64,000 bases of DNA from an uncultured bacterium. GTDB taxonomy: Bacteria; Actinomycetota; Acidimicrobiia; Spongiisociales; UBA5794. Location: positions 64,001 to 128,000 of the forward strand of contig CAWDDT010000004.1 of NCBI GenBank assembly GCA_963801165.1, in the 5' to 3' direction. Below, one piece after another: positions 44,466-54,621 of the stretch (its first letter is position 1; every line of letters starts with the position of its first letter). A program made the translations under genes and the position numbers. Under the pieces are notes generated by a model that ran no database searches, was not told where the DNA came from, and saw only the letters and a program-made list of their open reading frames with translations.

Positions 44466-44488
44466 GATGTGTCTCGTCTCGGTGGATG

Positions 44489-45313
44489 TCAGATGGGAGT
44501 CGTGATGGTTGGGCGGTCCGGTCGATGGCTTGTGCCGGGCTGCCTGACGCCGACAGCGGCGATAGCCGCGCCGGCCGCGGCGATCACGGCGAATCCGATG
44601 GGGAGGCTCGGGTCATCGAGCGATCCGTGGGCAGCCTGAACGATGAACAGCCCCATGATGCTGAGAGCCATGAGCACGCTGAATACCAGACAGCCAAATG
44701 TCACGGCACGTGCTCCGGGCGAACGCAGAGCGAGCATCACCGCGGCGACCACGAATACCGGCAGGACGAATGCCAGGTCGAGCGCATACACCGCACTCGT
44801 GGGCACCTGCAGCTCGGCTACCGACTTGGGTAGGTCGCCGGTGACGATCGCTTGACCGATCTGGCTCAGCCACATCCCGCCGAAGACGATGACTATCAGC
44901 GAGAGAAACCCGATCGACGTGCGGCGCGGCAGACCCTCACCAACCTGGTCCTCGTCGGTGCGGAGGTCGTGTGCCTGAAGTGCGAGGCTCCAGCAAGCCA
45001 GGCCAAGGATGCCGATGTGTGCCGGGGTGAGTGGGTTCACGACGACCTGGAATGCGTAAATCGCATAGGTGTAGACGAGGTAGCCGAGGCCGGCGGCGAC
45101 GGCTACTCGAGTAGTGGCCGATCCCAGCCGGATGCGCCTCAACGCGGTCGCGAGCAGGGGGACGGCTACGAACAGGGTTGCCAGATCAGTCCCGCGCGCC
45201 TGGTCCACCATGGCAGGAGCATCGCGGTAAGCGGAGGTAAGCAGGCCGGCGACACTTGCGCCGCCGGCGAGCGCCGTCGCCAGGCAAGCCAACACGTATG
45301 CAGGTCGTTTCAT
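44489..45313 (-). CDS. Multi-pass membrane protein
   Basis: About 8 TMs; motifs GTDLATLFVAVP and VYALDL; GAAAGG RBS. Confidence 0.8.
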   Translation of the reverse strand: MKRPAYVLACLATALAGGASVAGLLTSAYRDAPAMVDQARGTDLATLFVAVPLLATALRRIRLGSATTRVAVAAGLGYLVYTYAIYAFQVVVNPLTPAHIGILGLACWSLALQAHDLRTDEDQVGEGLPRRTSIGFLSLIVIVFGGMWLSQIGQAIVTGDLPKSVAELQVPTSAVYALDLAFVLPVFVVAAVMLALRSPGARAVTFGCLVFSVLMALSIMGLFIVQAAHGSLDDPSLPIGFAVIAAAGAAIAAVGVRQPGTSHRPDRPTITTPI

Positions 45314-45317
45314 TGTT

Positions 45318-45809
45318 TCATACCTTTCGATCGTCTATGGGATTGCGGCGCCCGATATCGCCGGTCTCGGCAGCGAGCAACTGAACGACCAGGTCGCGTA
45401 GCATCTCGATCCCATCCGGGTCGAGAGCGCCGAACACCGCATCGAGCGTGTCTTGCTGTATCGCCCGCACCGCGGGCTCGTTGAAGGTCGCGATCTTCCC
45501 GGTGAGCTCGAGGCGGGTGGCCCGTCCGTCGGCATCGTCCGACACCAGGCGGAGGTAGCCGCGGCGCTGCAAGCCGAGCGCAATCTGCTTTACGTTCTGT
45601 CGTGATGACCCATACCGCAACGCGGCCTCGGTCAGAGTCGGGCCCCGGTCGGGAAACCAGCGCTCAATGACGGCCAGGAGCAGCCACTGGCGTGACGTCA
45701 GGCCAAGCGGTCCTAGGGCCTCGTCGAGCCGTCGCGAGATGTGCTGTACGAGCACGAGCAGCGATCCGAAGAGCTCGGGCCGGGGGTCTGTGTCATTAGA
45801 GGTGGTCAT
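45318..45809 (-). CDS. MarR family regulator
   Basis: LTSRQWLLL, SSRQNVKQIALGLQRRGY, DGRATRLELT. Confidence 0.88.
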   Translation of the reverse strand: MTTSNDTDPRPELFGSLLVLVQHISRRLDEALGPLGLTSRQWLLLAVIERWFPDRGPTLTEAALRYGSSRQNVKQIALGLQRRGYLRLVSDDADGRATRLELTGKIATFNEPAVRAIQQDTLDAVFGALDPDGIEMLRDLVVQLLAAETGDIGRRNPIDDRKV

Positions 45810-45831
45810 ATACGCAAGGTATTACGTATAT
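45808..45831. promoter_or_regulatory. Candidate MarR operator overlapping its start codon
   Basis: Near-perfect inverted repeat ATATACGCAA-GGTA-TTACGTATAT. Confidence 0.65.
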
Positions 45832-45951
45832 CGTTCGGCGTGCACCGGCCGAAGGTCCCTTACCGCGTGGTCCAGACGTCCTCTCGCGATGTGCCCGGCC
45901 CGGGTACGCTGATGTAATCGGGCGGCATCGGACGCCGCCGGGAGGGACGTC

Positions 45952-47548
45952 ATGTGTGCACGGCTAGTCGCTGGTCTGGCAGCTGTTGTTCTGTTTGTTG
46001 GTGTGTTGGTGTCATCTGCTGTGGCTGAGTTGCCTCCTGGTGGCACGTTTCTTGATGATGACGGTTCGGTGTATGAGGGTGCGATCGAGGCGGTTGCTGC
46101 TGCGGGTTTCACGGTTGGTTGTGACGGGTTGGGGGAGCGGTTTTGCCCTGACCAGTCGGTGACTCGTGGGGAGATGGCGACGTTTTTGGTGCGGGCTACG
46201 GGTTTGTCGCCACGAGAGCCGGTGCGGTTTGTCGATGCTCAGGGGGTGCATCGGGGGAGTGTTGGTGCGGTGGAGGCTGCGGGGTGGTTCAAGGGTTGTA
46301 ATCCGCCGGACAATGATCTGTTTTGTCCTGATGTGGTGTTGACGCGGGGTGAGGCGGCTGCGGTGTTGGTGCGGGCGTTTGATTTGCCGGCCGTGTCTGG
46401 TGGTGGCTTTGTTGATGTTGGCGGTTCGGTGTTTGCGGATGACATAGGGTCGTTGGCTGCTGCCGGGGTGACCAAAGGTTGTGACCCGCCTGCCATTGAT
46501 CGGTACTGTCCTGACCGTCCGGTGTCTCGTGGCGAGATGGCCACCTTCCTCACCCGGCTGATGGGACTGACACCAACCACACCTGAGAAACCGCTTCGAA
46601 GGAAGGATCGTGCTCGGGCTGTTGGGTGGTCATCTCTACAACGGGGGCATTGCCACGATGGAGGGCGATCGTGATCCGCAAACCCTGGTCGACGCCACGG
46701 TGGGTCTTCCCGACCTTTCACCCGATGGACAGCTGGTCGTGTACCGGGACGAGGCGCGGGTTTGCCCCACGCCGACGTCAACGTGGTGGGAGTGCTACTA
46801 CCGGATCTTCACCATCCCCTTCACGGGCGGTGCAGAGAAACAGATGACCCCGAACGAGCTGCGGTACTCCGGGTTCGAGTGGATCCCCGAGTCCGAGTCG
46901 GTTGGGTTCGCGGCGAGCTGGGGGGACGGCGGTTCGGGAGACGACTGGTTTGTAGCCAAGGTCGATACGGAGACGCCGCTGGTCGTCGACGTCGTTGCCG
47001 ACTCCAGCAGCTACGCACTGTTGTCGGCCGACTGGTCGGTAACGGGGGAGATCGCCACGGCTGCCCACAAACCTGGTGGCAGAACTGTGCTCCTTGTTCT
47101 TGACGCCGACGGGAACGAGGAATCGGTGATCGCAGCCGCCGATGCGGACATCGGAGGTGCGTCCTGGTCTCCCGACGGAAAGCTGCTGGCGTATTTTGTC
47201 TATCGCGGCAACAACAGCGAGCTGGTTGTGAGCGCACCGGACGGAACCGACCGGCATCTCGTAGCTTCCGGCGATGACTTGTACCCGTATCGGTGGTCGC
47301 CTGACGGCAGTATGTTCGCCTATGAGAGCAGGTTTCCCTCGGTGCTGGTGGTCTGCGCCGGTGATGGCGCCGACTGCAGGACCATCGCCGAACTCGAGAA
47401 CCCTTTCGACCTGGCATGGTCGCCCGATGGATCCGTGCTGGCATATATCGACGCTCACCGGGCATGGGCGATTCCCGTCTCGGGCGGGGATGCCTGGCCG
47501 TTGACTCCGTCAGACGAATGGGTGGCTTCGCTTGATTGGGCTGCGTGA
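45952..47548 (+). pseudogene. S-layer homology (SLH) + TolB-like beta-propeller surface protein, split by an apparent +1 frameshift near 46588-46590
   Basis: Frame 1 has a signal peptide and three SLH-like repeats (C..FCPD..TRGEMATFL). Frame 2 reads NRFEGRIVLG and then WSPDG blades. Removing one A from GAGAAAC joins them. It could be a sequencing error or two separate genes (45952-46674 and 46610-47548). Confidence 0.7.
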
Positions 47549-47558
47549 ATACGTGAGT

Positions 47559-47782
47559 GTGGCTCGACGCCTTGTCTTTCTGATTGTGGTTGCCGTGGGG
47601 CTCGCCCTGGCGACTCCTGCTGTTGCCGAGTTGCCGCCTGGTGGCACGTTCTTTGATGATGACGGTTCGGCGTGGACCGGGACCGGGCTTGGGCGGTACC
47701 GGCATCGGGAGGAGCCGCGTGGCCATTGACGCCGTCGGACTTGCAAATCGCCGAGCTCGACTGGGGCCCGACCCCGCCCTGA
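47559..47782 (+). pseudogene. Internally deleted paralog of the SLH-TolB gene
   Basis: Signal peptide + AELPPGGTFFDDDGS is joined near 47670 to VDRDRAWAVPASGGAAWPLTPSDLQIAELDW, which matches the upstream gene's C-terminus IDAHRAWAIPVSGGDAWPLTPSDEWVASLDW. Confidence 0.8.
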
Positions 47783-47788
47783 ACGACG

Positions 47789-48538
47789 TCACGCCGGGAT
47801 CGTCTTGACCCGCTCCACATAGCGGGTGATCTCGTGTTCCAGCACACCGGCGGCCCCGATCTTGCCAAAGTGGGTCAGCCGTGCTCGCAGGTCGTCGCGG
47901 GCGATGTACCAGGCACCGGCGTCGGGATGGAAATCGCCGGATGGGGCGAAGTACATCCTGCGGCCGACGTGGCGATACCCCTGGACCAGGAGCGGTACCC
48001 GGGTGACGATGTCGATGGAGTTGATCACCCGGTAGGTGCTCGAACCGAGCCGTGAGTTGTATGCGGCGGCGAACGGCGCCAGACCGTTGCGCGGGCCGCC
48101 GTAGGTGTAGACATCGGCCACGGGGATCCCGCTCTCGGCCAGCCTGGCGGCAGCCAGCACCGCAAGCCCGGCGCCGAGGCTGTGGCCGGTCAGTACCAGC
48201 TTTCGATCCGTTTGCGACGCCAACGGCACGACATCGTCCCAGACCTCGTCGAGCGCCCTCCGGAAACCCGAATGCACCTTGGTGCCGAACACACCGGGCA
48301 CCGGTCGGAACTCGGCGTCCCGGATCCAATCGGTGGCGTTGGTCGACTCGGTGCCTCGAAACACGAGGAACCGTCGCTGCTCGTCTTCGGCCAGGAACGC
48401 CTGGGTGCTGGCCCCCGAGAACGGGCGAGAGCCACCCAGGACGAGCATGCCCAGATCGTGTTCCACCTGGGCAAGAGGGTGGTACGCAATGCGGGAGAGT
48501 TGTACCGTCGTGAGTGCCAGTTGTGCGTCGAAAGCCAT
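47789..48538 (-). CDS. Class 3 lipase family protein
   Basis: VFRGT, VHSGF, TGHSLGA, TYGGPR, DIVTRVP, YRHVG. Confidence 0.9.
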   Translation of the reverse strand: MAFDAQLALTTVQLSRIAYHPLAQVEHDLGMLVLGGSRPFSGASTQAFLAEDEQRRFLVFRGTESTNATDWIRDAEFRPVPGVFGTKVHSGFRRALDEVWDDVVPLASQTDRKLVLTGHSLGAGLAVLAAARLAESGIPVADVYTYGGPRNGLAPFAAAYNSRLGSSTYRVINSIDIVTRVPLLVQGYRHVGRRMYFAPSGDFHPDAGAWYIARDDLRARLTHFGKIGAAGVLEHEITRYVERVKTIPA

Positions 48539-48603
48539 GAGAGTCCTCCTCGTGTTCTACACGACGCGCGGCCGATTCGGGTGATACGCGAAAAACCGCC
48601 GAT

Positions 48604-49596
48604 TCAGGATTGAACCCGGGCGCGGCTCGGCTTGGGAGCAGACCGGCGTAGACCGGTTATGTCGATCGTCGCCACCGATGCCCCGCGAGGTGTCGAGCGG
48701 GATCCGCCCACCACCCGGCCGATGAGCGCTCCCGCCTCGGTGCGTTGCTTGCCCCGGTACATGAGATCGTCGGCCACATGCACCATCTCCTCGACGGAAT
48801 CGGGTGGTGTGAGAAACGTTACGTACCCCGCGGTCGCCGTCACCATGGGGATGTCGGTGCGCATGGCGATGCGGTGGCGGATGCGCTGGAGAACGGCGTG
48901 CGCCGCAAACTGGTCGGTGTTGGGCAGGACGATCGTGAACTCGTCGCCGCCCACCCTGCCCACGACATCGACGCTGCGCACTGAGTGGGCGAGGATCTGG
49001 CCGAACGCGGTCAGCACCGCATCACCGACGACGTGGCCGTGGCCGTCGTTTATCTGCTTGAACTGGTCCAGGTCGAGGAACGCTATCGAGATGGGCTCGC
49101 CGGTGCGGGTAGCTCGCGCCCGCTCCCGCTCGGCGACCTCCTGGAACGCTCTCGTGTTGAGTAAGCCTGTCAGTGAGTCCCGGCTGGCGTCCTCAATCAT
49201 CTGGAGGACGAGCAGGCGGAACATCCGCGTCAGCACGATCCCGATCGTGAGGAGGACAACGCCGGAGATGAGTCCCACAACCGCTTGCGCCGTCAGTCGG
49301 CCCGCGGGAGCGCTCGTGCCGAGAATCGCACGTGCTGCCAGCAAGACTTCGGCGGTGAGCATTGCGGCCACTGTGTGTCCGGTCCAAGTGATCGCGGCGG
49401 TGATCACGAAGAAGCCCAACAGCACGTGGGCATCCGAGTTGATCAAACGATCGACCAGCAGCAGTGACCCGCCGGCCAACCCGGCGAGTGGCAGCACGAG
49501 CCACCGGGGCGCTCTCATAACTCTTATCAGCAGCTCCCACGCCGGCACGACGTTGTAGTCGACCGGGGAAGAGCGACCGTCCCATCTCGCAGACAT
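48604..49596 (-). CDS. Membrane-bound diguanylate cyclase
   Basis: About 4 TMs; RDSLTGLLN, DLDQFKQINDGHGH, RVGGDEF. Confidence 0.92.
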   Translation of the reverse strand: MSARWDGRSSPVDYNVVPAWELLIRVMRAPRWLVLPLAGLAGGSLLLVDRLINSDAHVLLGFFVITAAITWTGHTVAAMLTAEVLLAARAILGTSAPAGRLTAQAVVGLISGVVLLTIGIVLTRMFRLLVLQMIEDASRDSLTGLLNTRAFQEVAERERARATRTGEPISIAFLDLDQFKQINDGHGHVVGDAVLTAFGQILAHSVRSVDVVGRVGGDEFTIVLPNTDQFAAHAVLQRIRHRIAMRTDIPMVTATAGYVTFLTPPDSVEEMVHVADDLMYRGKQRTEAGALIGRVVGGSRSTPRGASVATIDITGLRRSAPKPSRARVQS

Positions 49597-49687
49597 GTGT
49601 GAAACATCGGATCGTCGGCACCACGACTAAACGTTTTTCCGAGCGAAATCCCGCTCCGTTAACCTACGAACGAATCGGAGGACGGCT

Positions 49688-50449
49688 ATGGATATCACTG
49701 GAGCCTCGGCGATCGTCACCGGAGGGGCGTCGGGGCTGGGCGCGGCGGTGGCGCGGCGGCTCGCCGGAGACGGGGCGCATGTCGTCCTTGTCGATCTCCA
49801 GGCGGACCGTGGCGCTGAGATTGCAGACGAGATCGGGGGTGTTTGTGTTCCCGCCGACGTCACCGACGCCGAGCAGGTCGCGACGGCGGTTGCCGCGGCC
49901 GGCGATATGGGACCGCTGCGGGTCCTCGTCACCTGTGCCGGGATCCTCATCCCGGCGCGCACGCTGAATCGGGACGGGCGACCGGTAGACCTCCACCTGT
50001 TTGAGAAGAGCATCTCGATCAACCTCGTCGGGACGTTCAACTGCATCCGTCTCGCCGCAGCGGCGATAGCCAGAACGGATCCCCTCGACCACGGGGAGCG
50101 AGGAGCCATCGTCACGACGGCATCGGTTGCCGCGTTCGAGGGTCAGATCGGTCAGGCAGGCTACTCGGCGTCGAAGGGCGGGATCGTCGGGATGACGCTT
50201 CCCGTGGCTCGTGACCTGTCGGTGATCGGCGTCCGGGTGAACGCCATTGCTCCCGGGATCATGGACACACCCATGCTCGCCGGTCTGTCCGAGGATGCCA
50301 GGACGTCGCTGGGTGCCCAGGTTCTCTTCCCGAAGCGGCTGGGCACGCCTGAGGAATTCGCCGCGCTGGCGCATTTTCTCATCACGCACTCCTATATGAA
50401 CGGCGAGACGATCCGCATGGACGGCGGTATCCGGATGGGACCGAAGTAG
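49688..50449 (+). CDS. SDR 3-hydroxyacyl-CoA dehydrogenase (HSD10-like)
   Basis: TGGASGLG, TASVAAFEGQIGQAGYSASKGG, NGETIRMDG. Confidence 0.93.
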   Translation: MDITGASAIVTGGASGLGAAVARRLAGDGAHVVLVDLQADRGAEIADEIGGVCVPADVTDAEQVATAVAAAGDMGPLRVLVTCAGILIPARTLNRDGRPVDLHLFEKSISINLVGTFNCIRLAAAAIARTDPLDHGERGAIVTTASVAAFEGQIGQAGYSASKGGIVGMTLPVARDLSVIGVRVNAIAPGIMDTPMLAGLSEDARTSLGAQVLFPKRLGTPEEFAALAHFLITHSYMNGETIRMDGGIRMGPK

Positions 50450-50533
50450 GCCGGGCGAATCCCGCATGATGGGCCACTCCATGAATTGGAAGCCCGCACG
50501 CAAGCCCATTTCTCCTAGAGTCTCGACGATGTT

Positions 50534-51364
50534 GTGTCGGAACCTCAACAACCGACACGAGCTGCCGACAGGTCGGGTATGAAGCCGGTAATTGCAGTAT
50601 CAGCGCAAACCGCCGTTGCCAACAATGAGTTCTACGGCGAGCAGAGGCTGACCAGCCTCTACGAGTTGTATGTGCGTGCCCTCGAGTCCGCGGGTGTGCT
50701 CCCGGTGGTGCTGGCTCACTGCGACCCCGCCGACGTCCCCGAGCTGCTCGACCGGTTCGATGGCCTGCTGATCCCCGGCGGTGGTGACGTCGATCCGACG
50801 GCATACGGCGAGGAGCCTGCGACGGAGACGCTGTACGGGGTCCATCCCCACGCAGACGCCTTCGAGATCGCCCTGGTTCTCGAAGCAGCCAGACGGCACC
50901 TGCCCGTGCTCGGTATCTGCCGCGGTCTCCAGATCGTCAACGTGGCCTTTGGCGGAACGCTGCATCAGGATCTGCCCGAGCATCCCAGGGATCTTATGGG
51001 CCGGGCATTCGCCGGCCACTACCGGACCAACGTCGTCCCCGGAACCCGTCTTCACCGGGTGGTCGACCGTGAGGAGATCGTGGTCAACTCCCTGCATCAC
51101 CAGGGTGTCAAGGAGCTGGGCGACGGGCTGCGGATCGCGGCGACGGCGGGTGACGGCGTCGTCGAGTCGATCGAGGCTTCCGATCCGAACTGGGACATGG
51201 TTGCGGTCCAATGGCACCCCGAATGTCTCCGCAAGGACGACGCCAGGGCACTGTTCGACTGGCTGGGTGACGCGGCCGCGCTCCGGATGACCCGGGTCGA
51301 TGTCCGGCTGCTCACCGAGAGCGTCGAGGCCACCGCGATGAAGCAGTCCGCTGCCGCATCCTGA
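50534..51364 (+). CDS. PuuD-like class I glutamine amidotransferase (peptidase C26)
   Basis: PGGGDVDP, GICRG, NSLHHQ, QWHPE; start may be 50579. Confidence 0.9.
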   Translation: MSEPQQPTRAADRSGMKPVIAVSAQTAVANNEFYGEQRLTSLYELYVRALESAGVLPVVLAHCDPADVPELLDRFDGLLIPGGGDVDPTAYGEEPATETLYGVHPHADAFEIALVLEAARRHLPVLGICRGLQIVNVAFGGTLHQDLPEHPRDLMGRAFAGHYRTNVVPGTRLHRVVDREEIVVNSLHHQGVKELGDGLRIAATAGDGVVESIEASDPNWDMVAVQWHPECLRKDDARALFDWLGDAAALRMTRVDVRLLTESVEATAMKQSAAAS

Positions 51365-51388
51365 GCCGTAGCCGCTAACTTGATCGAG

Positions 51389-52756
51389 ATGAGCACTCTC
51401 TTGATCAAGCATGCGCACGTTGTGGCAACGATGGACGGCGACCGGCAGGAGATCGCCGATGGGGGGATGCTGATCGTCGACGGTGTGATTACCGCCGTCG
51501 CTCCTACCGCCGATCTACCCGGTGACGCCGACGAGGTTCTCGATCTGAGCGGGCACGTCGTCCTGCCCGGCTTCATCAACACCCACCACCACTTCTACCA
51601 GACGCTGACCCGTGCGGTCCCCGGGGCCCAGGACGTCGGGTTGTTCGACTGGCTGCGCACCCTTTACCCGATCTGGGCGCGGATGACTGCAGAGCACATC
51701 GAGGTGTCCACCAAACTGGCGCTGGCCGAGCTGGCATTGTCGGGATGCACCACCGCATTCGACCATCTCTATCTGTTCCCCAACGACTCGCGTCTCGACG
51801 ACGAGATCGAGGCGGCGGCCGGGGTGGGGCTCCGGCTTCATGCGTCGCGGGGATCTATGTCGCTGGGAGAGAGCGACGGCGGCCTCCCGCCAGATTCCGT
51901 GGTGGAGACCGACACGGCGATCCTGGCGGACACGCAACGGCTGATCGAGACCTACCACGACGCCAGTCCCGTCGCGATGACACGCATCGTCGTCGCTCCC
52001 TGCTCGCCGTTCAGCGTCACCACCGACATCATGCGCGAGTCTGCGGCGCTGGCTCGTTCGTTCGGCGTGACGATGCACACCCACCTCGCAGAAACCATGG
52101 ACGAGGAGGATTTCTGCGTCTCGACCTACGGGCGCCGTCCCGTCGAGCTGATGGAGGATCTCGACTGGATGGGCGACGACGTCTGGTTTGCCCACAGCGT
52201 GTTCATCAACGACGACGAGATAGGCAGGATGGCAGCGGCGCAAACCGGTGTGGCTCATTGCCCCTCGTCGAACATGCGCCTCGCCTCGGGGATCGCTCCG
52301 CTGCGCAAGTACCTCGCCGCCGGGGTTCCGACCGGTCTCGGTGTCGACGGTTCGGCCAGCAACGACGGCAGCCACCTCCTCGGTGAGGCCCGGCAGGCAA
52401 TGCTGCTGGCCAGGCTCGATGCCGCCCCGAATCAATCAGGGGGCAGCTTGCTGTCTGCCCGAACCGCTCTCGAGCTGGCCACCAGGGGAGGCGCCTCCGT
52501 GCTGCGGCGTCCCGAACTCGGGTCGCTCGAGCCCGGCAAGGCGGGCGACTTCATCGCCATCGACCTGAACCGCCTCGAGTATGCCGGGGCCCTCCACGAT
52601 CCAGTCGCCGCCGTGATGCTGGCGGCTCCGGTGAACGTGGATTTCAACTATGTGGGCGGCAAGCCGGTCGTCCAGAAGGGCAACCTGGTGACCCTCGAAC
52701 TCGAGCCGCTGATCGAACGGCACAACCGCCTCGCCGGCGAACTGTTCCAGCCGTAA
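51389..52756 (+). CDS. 8-oxoguanine deaminase-like amidohydrolase
   Basis: NTHHHFYQTLTR, PCSPFS, HTHLAE, HCPSSNMRL, GVDGSASND (PCSPFS and SASND motifs, as I recall for this group). Confidence 0.88.
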   Translation: MSTLLIKHAHVVATMDGDRQEIADGGMLIVDGVITAVAPTADLPGDADEVLDLSGHVVLPGFINTHHHFYQTLTRAVPGAQDVGLFDWLRTLYPIWARMTAEHIEVSTKLALAELALSGCTTAFDHLYLFPNDSRLDDEIEAAAGVGLRLHASRGSMSLGESDGGLPPDSVVETDTAILADTQRLIETYHDASPVAMTRIVVAPCSPFSVTTDIMRESAALARSFGVTMHTHLAETMDEEDFCVSTYGRRPVELMEDLDWMGDDVWFAHSVFINDDEIGRMAAAQTGVAHCPSSNMRLASGIAPLRKYLAAGVPTGLGVDGSASNDGSHLLGEARQAMLLARLDAAPNQSGGSLLSARTALELATRGGASVLRRPELGSLEPGKAGDFIAIDLNRLEYAGALHDPVAAVMLAAPVNVDFNYVGGKPVVQKGNLVTLELEPLIERHNRLAGELFQP

Positions 52757-52819
52757 GGAATCGCGAGCGCTTGCGGCCTGACAGAATGAGCGACAAATCG
52801 CGACCAACCCGGAGCCACC

Positions 52820-53308
52820 ATGACTACGCAGCAGCATCACATCCTGCCTCACCCTCTGCACCTGTATCACGGTGCGTTTGGGTCGGACACCTTCGGTCGG
52901 CGCGCCGAGTCGTTCGCCCGCATGTTCGGCACGCCGCGATTTCTGATCGTGCAGACCATCCTGGTTGCAGGCTGGATCGCACTCAACGTGTCCGTCCTTG
53001 CCCTCCGTTGGGATCCCTATCCGTTCATCCTCCTCAACCTGGCGTTCTCGCTGCAAGCTGCCTATGCGGCACCCCTGATCCTGCTGGCGCAGACTCGACA
53101 GGCGGATCGCGACAAGGCGATGAACGACGCCGACACCCAGCACAGGGAGGCCCTGTCCGCACGAACCCTCGACCTGCTCGAGCTGACCAAGCGACAGGGC
53201 GACGCCATCAGTGCGCTGCTCGATCACAACACCAAGCTCACCGAGGAGCTGGGTCGGTTGACCAGGGACATCCACGAGGCCGTTGCGGGCGACATACCGC
53301 GATCCTGA
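52820..53308 (+). CDS. DUF1003 domain membrane protein
   Basis: WDPYPFILLNLAFSLQAAYAAPLILLAQTRQ. Confidence 0.9.
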   Translation: MTTQQHHILPHPLHLYHGAFGSDTFGRRAESFARMFGTPRFLIVQTILVAGWIALNVSVLALRWDPYPFILLNLAFSLQAAYAAPLILLAQTRQADRDKAMNDADTQHREALSARTLDLLELTKRQGDAISALLDHNTKLTEELGRLTRDIHEAVAGDIPRS

Positions 53309-53356
53309 ATCGCACCGCCGTGTGCGGTTTACAATCTGTAAACCAGGAGGTGTCGG

Positions 53357-54163
53357 TTGGAGATCATCCGTCCCACAAGTCTCAATGAAGCTCTCGATGC
53401 CCGTGCCGACGGCCCGGGATCAGACCTCCTCGCCGGTGGCACCGACCTCATGGTGGAGGTCAACTTCGGGCACAAGAAGCCCGAGCAGGTGATCGCCTTG
53501 CGCAGGATCGGTGAGCTGGCCGAGATCGAGTCGAACCGGATCGGGGCGGGGGTGACGTGGGCGCGGCTGGAGACCAGCGAGCACCGTGCCCTGGCGCAGC
53601 TGGCCCGTACCGTCGGGTCGCCGCAGATCCGGGCGGCGGGGACGCTGGGTGGCAACATCGGCACGTCGAGCCCCGCCGGGGATGGTCTGCCATGGCTGGC
53701 GGCGATGAACGCCGACATCGAAGTCGCTTCGCGCGACCGGGGCACGCGACGGATTCCCTGGAACGAGTTCTTCACCGGCGTAAAGAGAAACGCTCTCCAG
53801 CCCGACGAGGTCATCGTCGCCGCCGTTCTCCCCGACTACGTGCCCTCTAACCAGCATTTCGCCAAGATCGGACAGCGCAGTGCCATGGTCATCTCGACGG
53901 TGGCCGCCTGCGTTGCTCGGGACGACGACGGCCTGGTGCGGGTGGCCCTGGGCTCAGTGGCGCCGACCCCGATGCGAGCCACCAGGGCCGAGGCGCTCAT
54001 CGCCGATAACCCGCAGCCGTCGCAGAGGGTGCTCGAAGAGTTCGCCAGGACCGTCTCCGAGGAGGTCCGGCCGATAACCGACCACAGGTCGACAGAGGCC
54101 TACCGGCGCTACGCCGCCGGGGTGCTTGCCCGCCGTCTGCTTGAAAGGTGCCTCGCCTCATGA
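53357..54163 (+). CDS. Xanthine dehydrogenase family FAD-binding subunit (PucC-like)
   Basis: AGGTDL, VGSPQIRAAGTLGGN, SPAGD, DHRSTEAYR; TTG start with AGGAGG RBS. Confidence 0.92.
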   Translation: MEIIRPTSLNEALDARADGPGSDLLAGGTDLMVEVNFGHKKPEQVIALRRIGELAEIESNRIGAGVTWARLETSEHRALAQLARTVGSPQIRAAGTLGGNIGTSSPAGDGLPWLAAMNADIEVASRDRGTRRIPWNEFFTGVKRNALQPDEVIVAAVLPDYVPSNQHFAKIGQRSAMVISTVAACVARDDDGLVRVALGSVAPTPMRATRAEALIADNPQPSQRVLEEFARTVSEEVRPITDHRSTEAYRRYAAGVLARRLLERCLAS

Positions 54164-54621
54164 TCATCAAGTTCACCGTGAACGGAACGGACCAGGTCGC
54201 CAACGTCGCCGGGTCGGAGAGCCTGCTCACCGTCCTGCGTGAGGAGCTCGACCTGCCCGGGTCGAAGAACGCCTGCGAGCAGGGCGAATGCGGTTCGTGC
54301 TCGGTAATCCTCGACGGCTCGCTGGTGACCTCATGTCTGGTCATGGCGGCCGACTGCGAAGGGTCGGACGTCACAACCGTGGAGGGGATCGGCAGCGAGC
54401 GCGAGCTTCACGCCGTCCAGCAGGCTCTCCTCGACCACGGTGCCGTCCAGTGCGGCTTCTGCACCCCCGGGTTCGTGGTCGCCGCCACCCATCTGCTCGA
54501 GCACGACCCGCATCCCTCCGAGGACGAGATCAAGGAAGCCCTCTCGGGGAACATCTGCCGGTGCACCGGGTACGGCGCCATTCTCAGAGCAATGGTCGAC
54601 CTGACCGAGGAGACGGCATGA
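54160..54621 (+). CDS. Xanthine dehydrogenase family 2x[2Fe-2S] subunit (PucE-like)
   Basis: CEQGECGSC, QCGFC, CRCTGY. Confidence 0.95.
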   Translation: MIIKFTVNGTDQVANVAGSESLLTVLREELDLPGSKNACEQGECGSCSVILDGSLVTSCLVMAADCEGSDVTTVEGIGSERELHAVQQALLDHGAVQCGFCTPGFVVAATHLLEHDPHPSEDEIKEALSGNICRCTGYGAILRAMVDLTEETA

